From: Hyalangium minutum
GTDB taxonomy: Bacteria > Myxococcota > Myxococcia > Myxococcales > Myxococcaceae
Direction: 5' to 3'
DNA length: 64,000 nt
Assembly (NCBI RefSeq): GCF_000737315.1
Contig: NZ_JMCB01000010.1
Span: forward strand, 186,001 to 250,000
Made by a program: the position numbers and the translations under genes. Below the pieces are notes generated by a model. The model saw only the letters and a program-made list of their open reading frames with translations. It was not told where the DNA came from and did no database searches. Of this stretch, positions 27,812-37,994 are shown piece by piece (within the stretch, counting starts at the first letter, position 1; each line of letters starts with the position of its first letter).

Positions 27812-28891
27812 ATGCCTTCCTCCCATCGCTCTGGATGTCGTCTCTCGGGGCTCCGGCTCGAACGAGCGCAGTCCTCCCGGCAGTTCACCGACGGCCGCTT
27901 CCGGAACACGGCACCTGTAGAGCCGGGTCTCCAGGGCAACCCGCTGCCGGTGCTGGGGGAGTTCTTCTTCGGGGGCGCGAAGCGGACGCCTCCGGGAGTG
28001 CTGCCCCTGGAGAGCCCGCTGGAGACGTGGACCCGCCCGCCGTCGAGCGGCTTCCGGGTCACGTGGCTCGGCCATAGCACGCTGCTCCTGGAGCTGGATG
28101 GCGCGCGCGTCCTCACCGACCCCGTGTGGGGCCCGCGTGCCTCCCCGCTGAGCTTCGCAGGGCCCAAGCGCTTCCACGCCGCGCCAGTGCCCATTGAGGC
28201 CCTGCCGAAGCTCGATGCGGTGCTGGTGTCGCATGACCACTACGATCACCTGTGCCGCTCCACCATCCAGGCGCTCGCGAAGCTGCGGGTGCCGTTCGTG
28301 ACCGCGCTGGGCGTGGGGACCCGGCTCGAGGCGTTCGGCGTGGCGCCGGAGCTGATCACCGAGCTCGACTGGTGGGAGCAGGCCACGGTGGGCCCCGTGA
28401 GCTTCACCGCGACGCCCGCGCAGCACTTCTCTGGGCGAGGCTTGGGAGACCGAAACCAGACGCTGTGGGCCTCGTGGGTGGTGAGGACCGACAAGCACCG
28501 CGTCTTCTTCAGCGGCGACACGGGGCTGACGACGGAGTTCGAGGAGATCCGCCAGCGCCAAGGCCCCTTCGATCTGGTGATGCTAGAGGTGGGAGCGTGG
28601 CATCAGAGCTGGGGCGGCATCCACCTCGGGCCGGAGAATGCGCTCAAGGCGCACGCGATGCTCGGCGGGGGGACGCTGCTGCCCGTCCACTGGGGCACCT
28701 TCGATCTGGCGCTTCACGCGTGGGACGAGCCCGCCGAGACGCTCCTCAGACTGGCGACGGAGCAACGCGTGCGATTGCTCACACCGCGCCTAGGAGCCGC
28801 CAGCGAACCCTCGCATATCGAACAACCCACACCGTGGTGGCGAGAGGTCACTGCGGCAGAACCCGCGCTCTCCCTGGCAAAGGGATGCTAA
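27812..28891 (+). CDS. MBL-fold metallo-hydrolase (NAPE-PLD/Lactamase_B_2-like)
   Basis: WLGHST, TDPVW, SHDHYDHL, QHFSGR, FSGDTG, PVHWGTF. Confidence 0.94.
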   Translation: MPSSHRSGCRLSGLRLERAQSSRQFTDGRFRNTAPVEPGLQGNPLPVLGEFFFGGAKRTPPGVLPLESPLETWTRPPSSGFRVTWLGHSTLLLELDGARVLTDPVWGPRASPLSFAGPKRFHAAPVPIEALPKLDAVLVSHDHYDHLCRSTIQALAKLRVPFVTALGVGTRLEAFGVAPELITELDWWEQATVGPVSFTATPAQHFSGRGLGDRNQTLWASWVVRTDKHRVFFSGDTGLTTEFEEIRQRQGPFDLVMLEVGAWHQSWGGIHLGPENALKAHAMLGGGTLLPVHWGTFDLALHAWDEPAETLLRLATEQRVRLLTPRLGAASEPSHIEQPTPWWREVTAAEPALSLAKGC

Positions 28892-28924
28892 AGCCAGCTC
28901 TCCCCAGTTGCCCATGAGGACCGC

Positions 28925-29473
28925 ATGAAGTCCGTTCAAGCCTTGGTGCTCACCACCCTCCTCTCCGCCCTGCTCGCTGTCCCTGCATCCGCTAAGGAGA
29001 AGAAATCCACAGGGAGCGCGAAGACGTCTTCCTCCGGCAAGTCTGGGGGAAGGCAAGGCACGTGGATGGAGCGGTCCGACGCAAAGGGCTACACGATCAA
29101 GATGCCCGCGGACGCCACGGAGAAGCGGGACGAGTGGACCACCACCTACGTCGCGACGCTGCCCCCGGACGCAGCGCTGATCAAGACCAGCGTGTCAGTG
29201 GAGATGCTGGACGAGTTCACCGCCGTCACCAACCTGGACAAGGCCGTCGAGGCCGTGCTCGCGGCGCGGCCTCGGGGCATGCAGGCGTCCATCAGCGAGC
29301 AGAAAGAGCTGCCCAACGGCTACCTGGTGGTCATCGGCCCGGAGTACGACACCTATGCGGTCGACGTGATCCGCAACGGCAAGGAGGTGCAGGTGAAGGC
29401 ACACTGCACCGGGCCGAGCTCCCGCCTCGACGAGCTCAAGGAGCTGTGTCTCTCCGTGAAGCCGACGAAGTAG
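28925..29473 (+). CDS. Secreted hypothetical protein
   Basis: Signal peptide MKSVQALVLTTLLSALLAVPASA; 182 aa. Confidence 0.75.
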   Translation: MKSVQALVLTTLLSALLAVPASAKEKKSTGSAKTSSSGKSGGRQGTWMERSDAKGYTIKMPADATEKRDEWTTTYVATLPPDAALIKTSVSVEMLDEFTAVTNLDKAVEAVLAARPRGMQASISEQKELPNGYLVVIGPEYDTYAVDVIRNGKEVQVKAHCTGPSSRLDELKELCLSVKPTK

Positions 29474-29474
29474 C

Positions 29475-30056
29475 TCAGTGCTGGATGCGGGTACCCAGCA
29501 CCTGGAGGAACGCGGCGATCCACTTCGGGTGCGCCGGCCAGGCGGGTGCGGAGACGAGGTTGCCGTCCACCACCGCGTCATCCACGGAGACCTGGACGTA
29601 GGTGCCACGGGCGAGCGTCACCTCGGGGCCGCAGGCCGGGTACGCGGTGCAGCGCTTGCCCTCGAGGGCCCCGGCGGCGGCGAGCAGCTGCAGGCCGTGG
29701 CAGATGGCGGCGATGGGCTTGCGCGTCTCGGCGAAGTGGCGGACCACCTGGAGCACCTTCGCGTTGAGGCGCAGGTACTCCGGCGCCCGGCCGCCCGGGA
29801 TCACCAGCCCGTCATACTGGGTGGGATCGATCTCGGCGAAGTCGGCGTTGACGGCGAAGTTGTGGCCCGGCTTCTCGCTGTACGTCTGGGCGCCGTCGAA
29901 GTCGTGGACGGCGGTGCGGACTGTTTCTCCCGCCTTCTTGTCCGGGCAGACCGCGTGGACCGTGTGGCCCACGGCGAGCAGGGCCTGGAACGGCACCATC
30001 ACCTCGTAGTCCTCTACGTAGTCACCCACCAGCATCAGCAGCTTCTTGCCAGCCAT
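29475..30056 (-). CDS. DJ-1/PfpI family protein
   Basis: [23 protein letters not shown] nucleophile. Confidence 0.95.
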   Translation of the reverse strand: MAGKKLLMLVGDYVEDYEVMVPFQALLAVGHTVHAVCPDKKAGETVRTAVHDFDGAQTYSEKPGHNFAVNADFAEIDPTQYDGLVIPGGRAPEYLRLNAKVLQVVRHFAETRKPIAAICHGLQLLAAAGALEGKRCTAYPACGPEVTLARGTYVQVSVDDAVVDGNLVSAPAWPAHPKWIAAFLQVLGTRIQH

Positions 30057-30123
30057 ACAGCCTCCTCGGGGTTGGGCACTTCAGGGCCAGGATGCCCGTG
30101 GGCGCATGCTACCGTCTGCGCCC

Positions 30124-31494
30124 ATGAGCGAGAACCTGTTGGGTGAACTCGCGGGTGTGCTGCCGCCCGAGGGACTCGTGACCGACCCCGATGTGCTGGA
30201 TGCGCACCGCCGGGATCAGGCCTCGTGGGCCGAGGCCGGCACGCCACGCGTACTCGTCCGCCCAGGCTCGACCCGAGAGGTCCAGGACGTGCTCCGGGTC
30301 GCCTCCGCCCACCGCGTTCCGGTGGTCCCCCGAGGGGCGGGCTCGGGGCTCGCAGGAGGTGCCAACGCGGTGGAGGGCTGCATCGTCCTCTCCCTGACGC
30401 GGATGAACCGGATCCTGGAGCTGGATCGGCGCGGCCTCTTCGCCGTGGTGCAACCCGGGGTGATCAACGCCACGCTCAAGGCTGCGGCCGCGGAGCAGGG
30501 GCTCTGGTACGCGCCGGATCCCGCAAGTTGGGAGTTCTCCACGATTGGAGGCAACCTGGCGACCAACGCGGGAGGACTGTGCTGTGTGAAGTACGGGGTG
30601 ACGGGGGACGCCGCGATGGGCCTGGAGGTGGTGCTCGCGGATGGCTCGGTGGTCCGCACCGGCGGCCGCACGGTGAAGAATGTGGCGGGCTACGATCTGA
30701 CGCGCCTGTTCGTCGGCTCCGAAGGCACGCTGGGAATCATCACCGAGGCCACGCTGCGCCTCCGGCCGCGCCCTCCTCCGGCCACGACGCTGGTGGCCTC
30801 GTTCCCCACGCTTGTCGCGGCGGGCGCGGCCGTCACCGAGATCATGGCCCACACTCGGCCCTCGATGCTGGAGCTGATGGATCGGGCCACGGTCCGTGCC
30901 GTCGAGGCCTACCGGCCCATGGGGCTGGACGTCGATTCCGCGGCGCTGCTGCTGGCCCGCTCGGATGCGGGAGGAGATCAGGGCGTCACGGAGTGCTCCC
31001 GGATGGCGGCGGCCTGTGAGGCGGCGGGGGCCACCTTCGTCGCGCAGTCCGCGGACGAGGCGGAGGGAGAGCTGCTGCTCGGTGCGCGCCGGCTCGCCTA
31101 CCCCTCGCTGGAGCGGCAGGGGGCGACGCTGCTCGATGACGTGGGCGTGCCACTGTCGCGCATCCCGGAGCTGCTCGCGGCGGTGGAGCGCATCGCCGAG
31201 CAACGCGGGGTGCTCATCGGCACGTTCGGGCACGCGGGGGATGGGAACATGCACCCCACCCTCGTCTTCGATCGGAACGATCCGGCCGCCGTGGCGCGGG
31301 CCCAGGAAGCCTTCGACGACATCCTCCGTGCCGCGTGCGAGCTGGGCGGGACCATCACGGGAGAGCACGGCGTTGGCGCGCTCAAGCGCCCGTACCTGGC
31401 CCGGCAGCTCGGGCCCGAGACAGCGCGGCTCCACGGTACTCTCAAGGCCGCGCTCGATCCGCAGGGGCTGCTCAACCCCGGCAAGATGCTCTGA
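30124..31494 (+). CDS. FAD-linked oxidase (GlcD/D-lactate dehydrogenase family)
   Basis: PRGAGSGLAGG, PDPASWEFSTIGG, GSEGTLG, GHAGDGNMHP, GEHGVG. Confidence 0.95.
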   Translation: MSENLLGELAGVLPPEGLVTDPDVLDAHRRDQASWAEAGTPRVLVRPGSTREVQDVLRVASAHRVPVVPRGAGSGLAGGANAVEGCIVLSLTRMNRILELDRRGLFAVVQPGVINATLKAAAAEQGLWYAPDPASWEFSTIGGNLATNAGGLCCVKYGVTGDAAMGLEVVLADGSVVRTGGRTVKNVAGYDLTRLFVGSEGTLGIITEATLRLRPRPPPATTLVASFPTLVAAGAAVTEIMAHTRPSMLELMDRATVRAVEAYRPMGLDVDSAALLLARSDAGGDQGVTECSRMAAACEAAGATFVAQSADEAEGELLLGARRLAYPSLERQGATLLDDVGVPLSRIPELLAAVERIAEQRGVLIGTFGHAGDGNMHPTLVFDRNDPAAVARAQEAFDDILRAACELGGTITGEHGVGALKRPYLARQLGPETARLHGTLKAALDPQGLLNPGKML

Positions 31495-31727
31495 GGATGG
31501 CTCCCGGCTCTACTGCGCTGGCGCCAGAATGGGCAGCCCGAGCCGCTCCTCCAGCCATTGGGCGTAGGGCGCGAGAGTGGCTTTGGCCCGGGACTCTTCC
31601 GCGTCGCTCTTGAAGCGACCGGTCAGCTCCACATGGTTTCCCACGACGATGACGCGCTGCTCTCGGGAGCCAGGGCTTCATATGAGGCCTCAGCCTAGCC
31701 CAGCGCTGGGCGTGTAGACTCGCTGCC

Positions 31728-32960
31728 GTGAATCGGCGAACCCTCCTCTCCTCCCTGGGCCTCTTGGGCGCGAGCACGCTGTCAGCCCGGTGGGGACTGG
31801 CGCGGTTGGCGCGCAGCTCCGCTCCGGACAGTCCGCTCAGCGCCGAGGCCCAAGCGCTGGTGGACAAGGCATGGGAGGGCGTGGACCCGGCGCGGATGGT
31901 GGACTGCCACGTGCACCTGGTGGGGCTCGGCACCGATGGCACGGGCTGCTACGTGAACCCGCGCACGGATCAGTTCCTCCGGCATCCCCACACCTATCTG
32001 AAGTTCTCCATCTACCGCCACGCGGCAGGGGTGGAGGACGGAGAACACCCGGACCGCCAGTACCGCGAGCGGCTCCTGTCGCTGCTCAAGACGCCGCCGA
32101 TGCGGGGGCGCGCGTTGGTGCTCGCCTTCGACTACCTGCACGACGAGGCAGGCAAGCCCCAGCCCAGCTTGAGCGAGTTCCACACCCCCAACGACTACGT
32201 GCTGAAGCTCGCGCAGGACAACCCACAGCACGTGCTGGCTGGCGCATCGATCCACCCCTACCGACCGGATGCGGTGGATGAGCTGGAGCGCGTGGCCGCC
32301 CTGGGCGCGCGCGCCGTGAAGTGGCTCCCCAACGCCATGAACATCCACCCGGGCTCGCCACGCTGTGACGCCTTCTACCGGAAGCTGACCGAGCTGAAGA
32401 TGCCGCTAATCACCCACGCGGGAGAGGAGCAGGCGGTGGAGGCCGAGGATGCGCAGGCCCTCGGCAACCCGCTGTATCTGCGGCGCCCACTGGATGCGGG
32501 GGTCAAAGTGGTGGTGGCGCACGCGGCGAGCCTCGGCAGCAGCGAGGACCTGGACAAGCCGGGCACTGCCGTCGACAACTTCCAGCTCTTCCTGCGGCTG
32601 GCGCAGGAGGAGCGTGCCAAGGAGCTGTTGCACGCGGACTTCTCGGCCCTGACCCAGAACAACCGCTGCGGCGAGCCTCTGCGCGGGCTGCTCACGCGCG
32701 AGGACCTCCACTCTCGGCTGATCCACGGCAGCGACTACCCACTCCCGGCCATCAACATCCTCATCCGCACCGGGATGCTGGAAGATCTGGGCTACATCAC
32801 CTCGGACGAGCGGCGGGCGCTCAACGAGCTGGACCGCCACAACCCGCTGCTCTTCGACTTCGTCCTCAAGCGCACCTTGGCGGTGCACAAGGACGGCAAG
32901 ACCTACCGCTTCCCCGCCTCCGCCTTCATGCTGCCCGAGGGACTCCTCCGCGGCGTGTAA
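31728..32960 (+). CDS. Amidohydrolase-2 family protein with probable Tat signal
   Basis: MNRRTLLSSLGLLG twin-arginine motif; DCHVH, THAG, AHAA, HGSDYP. Confidence 0.9.
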   Translation: MNRRTLLSSLGLLGASTLSARWGLARLARSSAPDSPLSAEAQALVDKAWEGVDPARMVDCHVHLVGLGTDGTGCYVNPRTDQFLRHPHTYLKFSIYRHAAGVEDGEHPDRQYRERLLSLLKTPPMRGRALVLAFDYLHDEAGKPQPSLSEFHTPNDYVLKLAQDNPQHVLAGASIHPYRPDAVDELERVAALGARAVKWLPNAMNIHPGSPRCDAFYRKLTELKMPLITHAGEEQAVEAEDAQALGNPLYLRRPLDAGVKVVVAHAASLGSSEDLDKPGTAVDNFQLFLRLAQEERAKELLHADFSALTQNNRCGEPLRGLLTREDLHSRLIHGSDYPLPAINILIRTGMLEDLGYITSDERRALNELDRHNPLLFDFVLKRTLAVHKDGKTYRFPASAFMLPEGLLRGV

Positions 32961-33007
32961 GAACTGGGGCTCTTGGGCCCGCCACCGGGCCTGCTAGGCT
33001 GCCCCCC

Positions 33008-33850
33008 ATGGCTGACCTGATCCTCACGGGAGCGTCCCGCGGTATTGGCCACGCCCTGACCTTGGCCCTCGCCGAGCGGCGTGGAGATCGCCTTGTGCTG
33101 GTCGCTCGGGATCGCGCACGGCTGGACGCGCTAGTCGCCGCCATCGAGCAGAAAGGCGGCCAAGCCATCGCGGTGCCAGGGGATCTCTCGTCTCTGAACG
33201 GAGCCCAGGCGCTGGGACAGCGCCTCATGGAAACCACTCACCCAGGCGCGACGCTCATCCACAACGCCGGGCTGTGGCCGTCGAAGCGCGAGCTCACCCC
33301 CGAGGGCCTCGAGACGGCCTTCGTCATCAACCACCTGGCGCCCCTGGTCATGCAGCAACCGCTGCTCGACGCCAAGCGCCTCAGCCGCATCATGCTGGTG
33401 AGCGCCGGCCTGATCGTGAAGGGTCGCTTCGACGCCGCCAAGACGCCCACAGGCGAGGACTTCTCCAGCATCCGCACCTACTGCAACACCAAGCTCTGCT
33501 TCGCCCTCGCCATGCGAGACATTGCCGCCGCTCACCCGAACACTGATGTCGTGGTGCTGCACCCGGGCGTGGTGCGCACGGACCTGGGGGCGCGCCCGGG
33601 GCTGCTCGGCTGGCTGTTGTCCCGCGTCAAGCGCAGCTGGGAGTCGCCCGAGGTCTGTGCTGCACGACTCACACGGATCCTCGCACGCGAGCGCTGGTCG
33701 CCTCCAGGAGAGGCCCGCTGGCTCATGGAGGAACAAGAGCAGCCGTGGCCCGCCGTCGCCGAGAACGAGGCCACACGGCGCGCCGTACGGGAAGCCACCG
33801 CGCGCCTGTTACCTCCTCCGCCCCCAGCTTCAGCCCTATCACAGGGCTGA
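33008..33850 (+). CDS. Short-chain dehydrogenase/reductase
   Basis: TGASRGIG, HNAG, YCNTK (YxxxK), HPGVVRT. Confidence 0.93.
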   Translation: MADLILTGASRGIGHALTLALAERRGDRLVLVARDRARLDALVAAIEQKGGQAIAVPGDLSSLNGAQALGQRLMETTHPGATLIHNAGLWPSKRELTPEGLETAFVINHLAPLVMQQPLLDAKRLSRIMLVSAGLIVKGRFDAAKTPTGEDFSSIRTYCNTKLCFALAMRDIAAAHPNTDVVVLHPGVVRTDLGARPGLLGWLLSRVKRSWESPEVCAARLTRILARERWSPPGEARWLMEEQEQPWPAVAENEATRRAVREATARLLPPPPPASALSQG

Positions 33851-34086
33851 AGGAGTCCCGCCCCGCGTTGCTCCGAACCTGAGATTGCCCCGATTCAGTG
33901 GACAGTGAGGTTAGGCTGCCAATTCATTGGATAGGGCGAACGCTCATACTCCACTGGGCTCACGTAGCCCAAAGAAGGAAGCTGGGCGCGGCCGGTCACT
34001 ATAAAAGGGGCTCCGCATGGGGGGCGGACACGCGGCGCAAGGGAGCCTTCGAGAAGGCCCCTGCCTGACAACCGTCCACTGCAGGC

Positions 34087-37000
34087 TCAGGGCTTGGACA
34101 CCTCCCGCACCACGCTCTGGCCCACCTTCAGCTTGTAGCCCTGGAGGTACGGCTCGCCGTCCGGGCCCGCCGCGTCCGTGTTGAGGTAGCCCGCCATGTA
34201 ATAGAGCTGGGTGGCGGCCCGGCGCTGCGCTCCCTGCTTCGCGGCGTACTCGAAGCGCTCCTTCAGGAAGTGCGGCGGCGCGCTCTGCGAGTAGAGCGTG
34301 ACCCGCACCTGCTTCGCGGCCGACCGCTGCTCCGAGCTCAGCCTCATCCGGTACACCACCGAGTCCGTCCCCGGCAGCCCTCTCGGGTGATCCGCCAGCG
34401 TGTAGTCCGGATCTCCCTTCGTGTCCGTGTAGCGCTCGATGGCGGGGAACTTCGGGTTGCGATACCGCTCCGGCTTCGCCGGCTTGGGCCACCAGTGCTG
34501 CTCGGGCCCCTGCCCTGGCCGCGTCGCCGCTCCGTACTCCTGCCGCCGCGCCGGGTCCTCCACCCACATCGGCGTGTACCCCTGCGGCCGAAGCCGGTTG
34601 TCTTTGAGCTCCCAGTAGCGGTGCAGGAAGCTCGAGGTGAACACCAGCGAGGCGTTCTGGGTCACCTCTTCGTAGATCTGTGCCTGCCCCTCGTCGGTGA
34701 TCACCTGATGGTGCGGCTGGAACGGCAGCCCGTCGCGCCCCGGCTGCCAGAACTCCGTCGGGAGGGCCTGCTGCGTCGTCCCCTTCAGCAGCACGCCGAT
34801 CTCGTTCGTCCGCCCGGACGCCCACAGCGGCTGCCCTGCCCCATCCAGCACGGCCACTTCCAGGAACAGCCGCCGGAACCCCACGCCACTCGGCAGATTG
34901 TGGCCGCTGAGGTTCTGCACCGTCACCGCCGCCTCCAGCCCTTCGGGCGTCCAGGTCACGCGATCCAGCCCCACCGACGCCGTCTCCTTGGCCGCCACCT
35001 CCAGCACGGACTCCAGCCCCGTGAGCAGCGGCGCCTTCACGTTGCCGTTCATGAAGTCCTGCTGCCGGTAGCCGATCAGCAGCGGGTACTGCTGCACGTA
35101 CGCGTTGAGGAACACATTGAGCCCGTACAGCTTGTGCCGGTTGTAGGGGCGCTCCGGGATGTCCACCTCCGCCGCGGGCAGCAGGAAGTCCGCCGCCGGG
35201 TACCGCGTGTCCTGCACGTTGGCGATCCCCGTCTTCATCGGCTGGCCGTGGTAGTCGCCCTGCATGTGGCAGTCCTGGCAGCTCTTGCCTCCCGGCGCTC
35301 CCGCGGGCCTGTGCGTCGTGAAGTCGCTCAGCAGCCACTCCAGGTACGTGGTCTGCTCATAGGACGTGCCCGCGAGCTTCCCCTGGTCCGTGAACACAGG
35401 CAGGAACACCGTGTGGCACGTGCCGCACAGCTCCGAGCCCTGCATCTGCTTGCCGAGCTCGGGCGTCACCTTGAGCGCGTTCTCCATCGGCTTGGTGAGC
35501 ACCGCCTCCTTCGAGGACTCGTTCGGGAAGGGGCCATAAAGCTTGTCCGGCGGCCCCACCCGGTAGTTGCCCGTGAAGGTCTTCGACAGGTTCTTCGGAT
35601 CGAGATCCTTGTCCGCGATGTGGTGACAGATCGTGCAGCTGACCCCATCCCGCGCCAGCCCGCCGTACTTCGCGTGCTCCGGGCGCTCGTCCCGCCACGC
35701 GAACACCATCTCCTGCGTGAAGAGGGCGCCCGCGTAGTTCGTCTCCGCGCGCTCGGCCTTGGGAGGAAGGAACGCCGCGCACGGATCCCCCGCGGGTCCC
35801 TTCCCCTCCGTGTCGATGTTGTACTGCCGCGCCCCGGGGGCCCCATGGCAGTGCAGGCACGTGTTGTCGATGCAGTCCTTGATCGATGCCAGCCCCGGCT
35901 CTCCCGTGGCGATGTTGCGCTCCAGCTCCAGCTGCGAGTGGAAGATGGGATCGCGGCCCGCGAGCCCCATGGGCGAGGCGCTCCACTCCGCCCACTCCGA
36001 CAGGTCCACCTGTGTCTGGTTCACCTCCCGCACCATGTACGGCAGCTTCAGCTGCCCGGAGCCGCCCGCCTCGTGGCAGCCCTGGCACTGGTCCGAGGTC
36101 AGGAACTGGTGCTCGCGAGGAGGCACCCCCTTTACGCCCAGCCGAGACACCGCGTGGTCATACGTCTGCGCGGGCAGCCGCGTGGCCCAGACCTCCTCAA
36201 AAGGAGGGTTCAGCTCCGGGAACGTCTGGCGGAAGCCGGGCAGCGGGTCTCCCCACTCGCGTGGCAGCGGGAAAGGCCCCGCCATCTGGGTCTGCTCCTT
36301 GTTCTGGGGGGCCGCCGGGGCCTGCGCCATGGCTCCCTTGAGGTGATCATCGAAGTCCTTGGGCGAGGCGGGCTGGGGCCTCCACTTGTAGAGGATCTCC
36401 TGGCCCAGCAGGTTGGTGAAGCTCGAGAACGTCGACTGCCCCTGCGCCGACGCGTGGCAGTACACGCAGTAGTTGCCGAACTCGTAGTTGGGGAACTGCA
36501 CGTCGTTCACCGAGTAGCCCCAGTAGGTCGGCAGCCACGGGTTGGCCAGCGGAGGCGCCGTCACGGGCTTGCCCCCCTCCCCCGGGTACGGCTTCATCGC
36601 GAACGCGGTGCGGTCCCAGAGGGGTGGGTTGCTCGTGCTCGACTTGTCGAAGAAGGCCCAGTACCACCCATCCGCCGAAGCCTCGGGCGCCTTGATGACG
36701 ACCGTCCAGGAGCTGAACGCGTCGTCGTACCAGCTCGCGGGCTTGCCCGGCATCGGCGCGATCCACAGCTCGTCCGAGCCGGGCACGCGCGCCAGGTTCA
36801 CCTGTCCCGGGTCGATCATCTCCTTGATGATCATCGCCCCGACCGGCAGGTCCTCCGCGTTCGGGAGTTCGTGCTCGCCCCGGCGGTACTTGCACATCCA
36901 GGCGATGACCTCCGGCGAGTAGTAGATGCGCACGGCGGGGTGTGGCCCCTTGTTCACGCCGCAGTTCTTGGACTCACCGGGGCACGGGCAGCCCTCGAAC

Positions 37001-37341
37001 TCTCCGGTGAGCCGCCACGTCGAGTCCTTCAGCCACGCGTACGGCGCCTGCCGGTACTCCAGCTTGCGCAGGAAGTCCCTCACCCGGAGCGCATAGGCGT
37101 CCGACTGCTGCAGCCAATCGGGCCCCAGCGGAGGCACCGCCCCGGGCCAGGGCTGGCCGCGATCCGCCTGCGCGCACAGTTGCTCCACGTCCTTCCATGG
37201 AAGCGCGGGCTGCTCGCGTGGCACCTCGGGGATGCACGCCTCGCCCGTCTGCGCGGGCCTGACCGAAGTCGCCTCTGGTGTCTTCGAGGAGCAGCTCATC
37301 CACAGAGCCGCGATGGCCGCGAGCAGTGCCCGCCTCGTCAT
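34087..37341 (-). CDS. Multiheme c-type cytochrome lipoprotein with N-terminal cytochrome P460-like domain
   Basis: Lipobox-like WMSC; GAMIIKEM...DGWYW...CVYCH; five further CxxCH (CQGCH, CLHCH, CTICH, CGTCH, CQDCH). Confidence 0.88.
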   Translation of the reverse strand: MTRRALLAAIAALWMSCSSKTPEATSVRPAQTGEACIPEVPREQPALPWKDVEQLCAQADRGQPWPGAVPPLGPDWLQQSDAYALRVRDFLRKLEYRQAPYAWLKDSTWRLTGEFEGCPCPGESKNCGVNKGPHPAVRIYYSPEVIAWMCKYRRGEHELPNAEDLPVGAMIIKEMIDPGQVNLARVPGSDELWIAPMPGKPASWYDDAFSSWTVVIKAPEASADGWYWAFFDKSSTSNPPLWDRTAFAMKPYPGEGGKPVTAPPLANPWLPTYWGYSVNDVQFPNYEFGNYCVYCHASAQGQSTFSSFTNLLGQEILYKWRPQPASPKDFDDHLKGAMAQAPAAPQNKEQTQMAGPFPLPREWGDPLPGFRQTFPELNPPFEEVWATRLPAQTYDHAVSRLGVKGVPPREHQFLTSDQCQGCHEAGGSGQLKLPYMVREVNQTQVDLSEWAEWSASPMGLAGRDPIFHSQLELERNIATGEPGLASIKDCIDNTCLHCHGAPGARQYNIDTEGKGPAGDPCAAFLPPKAERAETNYAGALFTQEMVFAWRDERPEHAKYGGLARDGVSCTICHHIADKDLDPKNLSKTFTGNYRVGPPDKLYGPFPNESSKEAVLTKPMENALKVTPELGKQMQGSELCGTCHTVFLPVFTDQGKLAGTSYEQTTYLEWLLSDFTTHRPAGAPGGKSCQDCHMQGDYHGQPMKTGIANVQDTRYPAADFLLPAAEVDIPERPYNRHKLYGLNVFLNAYVQQYPLLIGYRQQDFMNGNVKAPLLTGLESVLEVAAKETASVGLDRVTWTPEGLEAAVTVQNLSGHNLPSGVGFRRLFLEVAVLDGAGQPLWASGRTNEIGVLLKGTTQQALPTEFWQPGRDGLPFQPHHQVITDEGQAQIYEEVTQNASLVFTSSFLHRYWELKDNRLRPQGYTPMWVEDPARRQEYGAATRPGQGPEQHWWPKPAKPERYRNPKFPAIERYTDTKGDPDYTLADHPRGLPGTDSVVYRMRLSSEQRSAAKQVRVTLYSQSAPPHFLKERFEYAAKQGAQRRAATQLYYMAGYLNTDAAGPDGEPYLQGYKLKVGQSVVREVSKP

Positions 37342-37410
37342 GGGAACTCCAATGCAGGGTGTCCCAGCGATGCTCGGCGCTGCACTGTTGCCAAGTCAAC
37401 ACCCCTGGAA

Positions 37411-37695
37411 TCACCGCCGCTCGTTGGGCTCGGGCAGCCCCAGCTCGCGCGCGGCCTCTTCCATCATGCGCTGCTTGATCTCTTCGGGCCGGCCCTCCTC
37501 ACCCCGCGGGAGGTCCATCCCTACGTCCTCGGCGAGACCACTTCCCCGCCAGCTCTCGGCAGGGCCTTCCAGGGCCGGCCCGAGACCCGTCCTGCGGCGG
37601 GAGAGAGAACCCCACGGCACGCGTGCGGCGGCCCATCCGATTCCAATCCCGAGGGTCACCCACCCCCATGCCCACAGCAGACGCTCACGCTTCAT
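37411..37695 (-). CDS. Small membrane-anchored hypothetical protein
   Basis: MKRERLLWAWGWVTLGIGIGWAA TM segment. Start inferred at 37695. Confidence 0.55.
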   Translation of the reverse strand: MKRERLLWAWGWVTLGIGIGWAAARVPWGSLSRRRTGLGPALEGPAESWRGSGLAEDVGMDLPRGEEGRPEEIKQRMMEEAARELGLPEPNERR

Positions 37696-37994
37696 CGAGA
37701 AAGTCCTCCTCAGGGAAGAGTGAGGATGGCGATAGATCCAGACCCAGCCCCCGGCGGCCCGCGTCAGCGTCCCTACGAGTCCCAGGCGAGCGAACGAGCG
37801 CCTATCCGGCAGTCCACGAGGTGGATCACCCCTCCGGCATCTGCTGGACCTCGACCGCCCGGTGAATTCCACGGCCACCGCCCATGCTGGCGGCGGAAAA
37901 TCTGCATGATTTTCCGCCTCGCGGGCTCATCTCGTTCGTGGGGCAAGCACTCGGCCCTACGGAAATGAACCGCTCCCGTGCGCGAGGACCCATC

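Noticed and set aside
34270-37968. 1232-aa plus-strand ORF
   Set aside because: Antisense shadow of the multiheme cytochrome gene; Arg/Pro/Val-rich translation typical of GC-rich off-frame reading.
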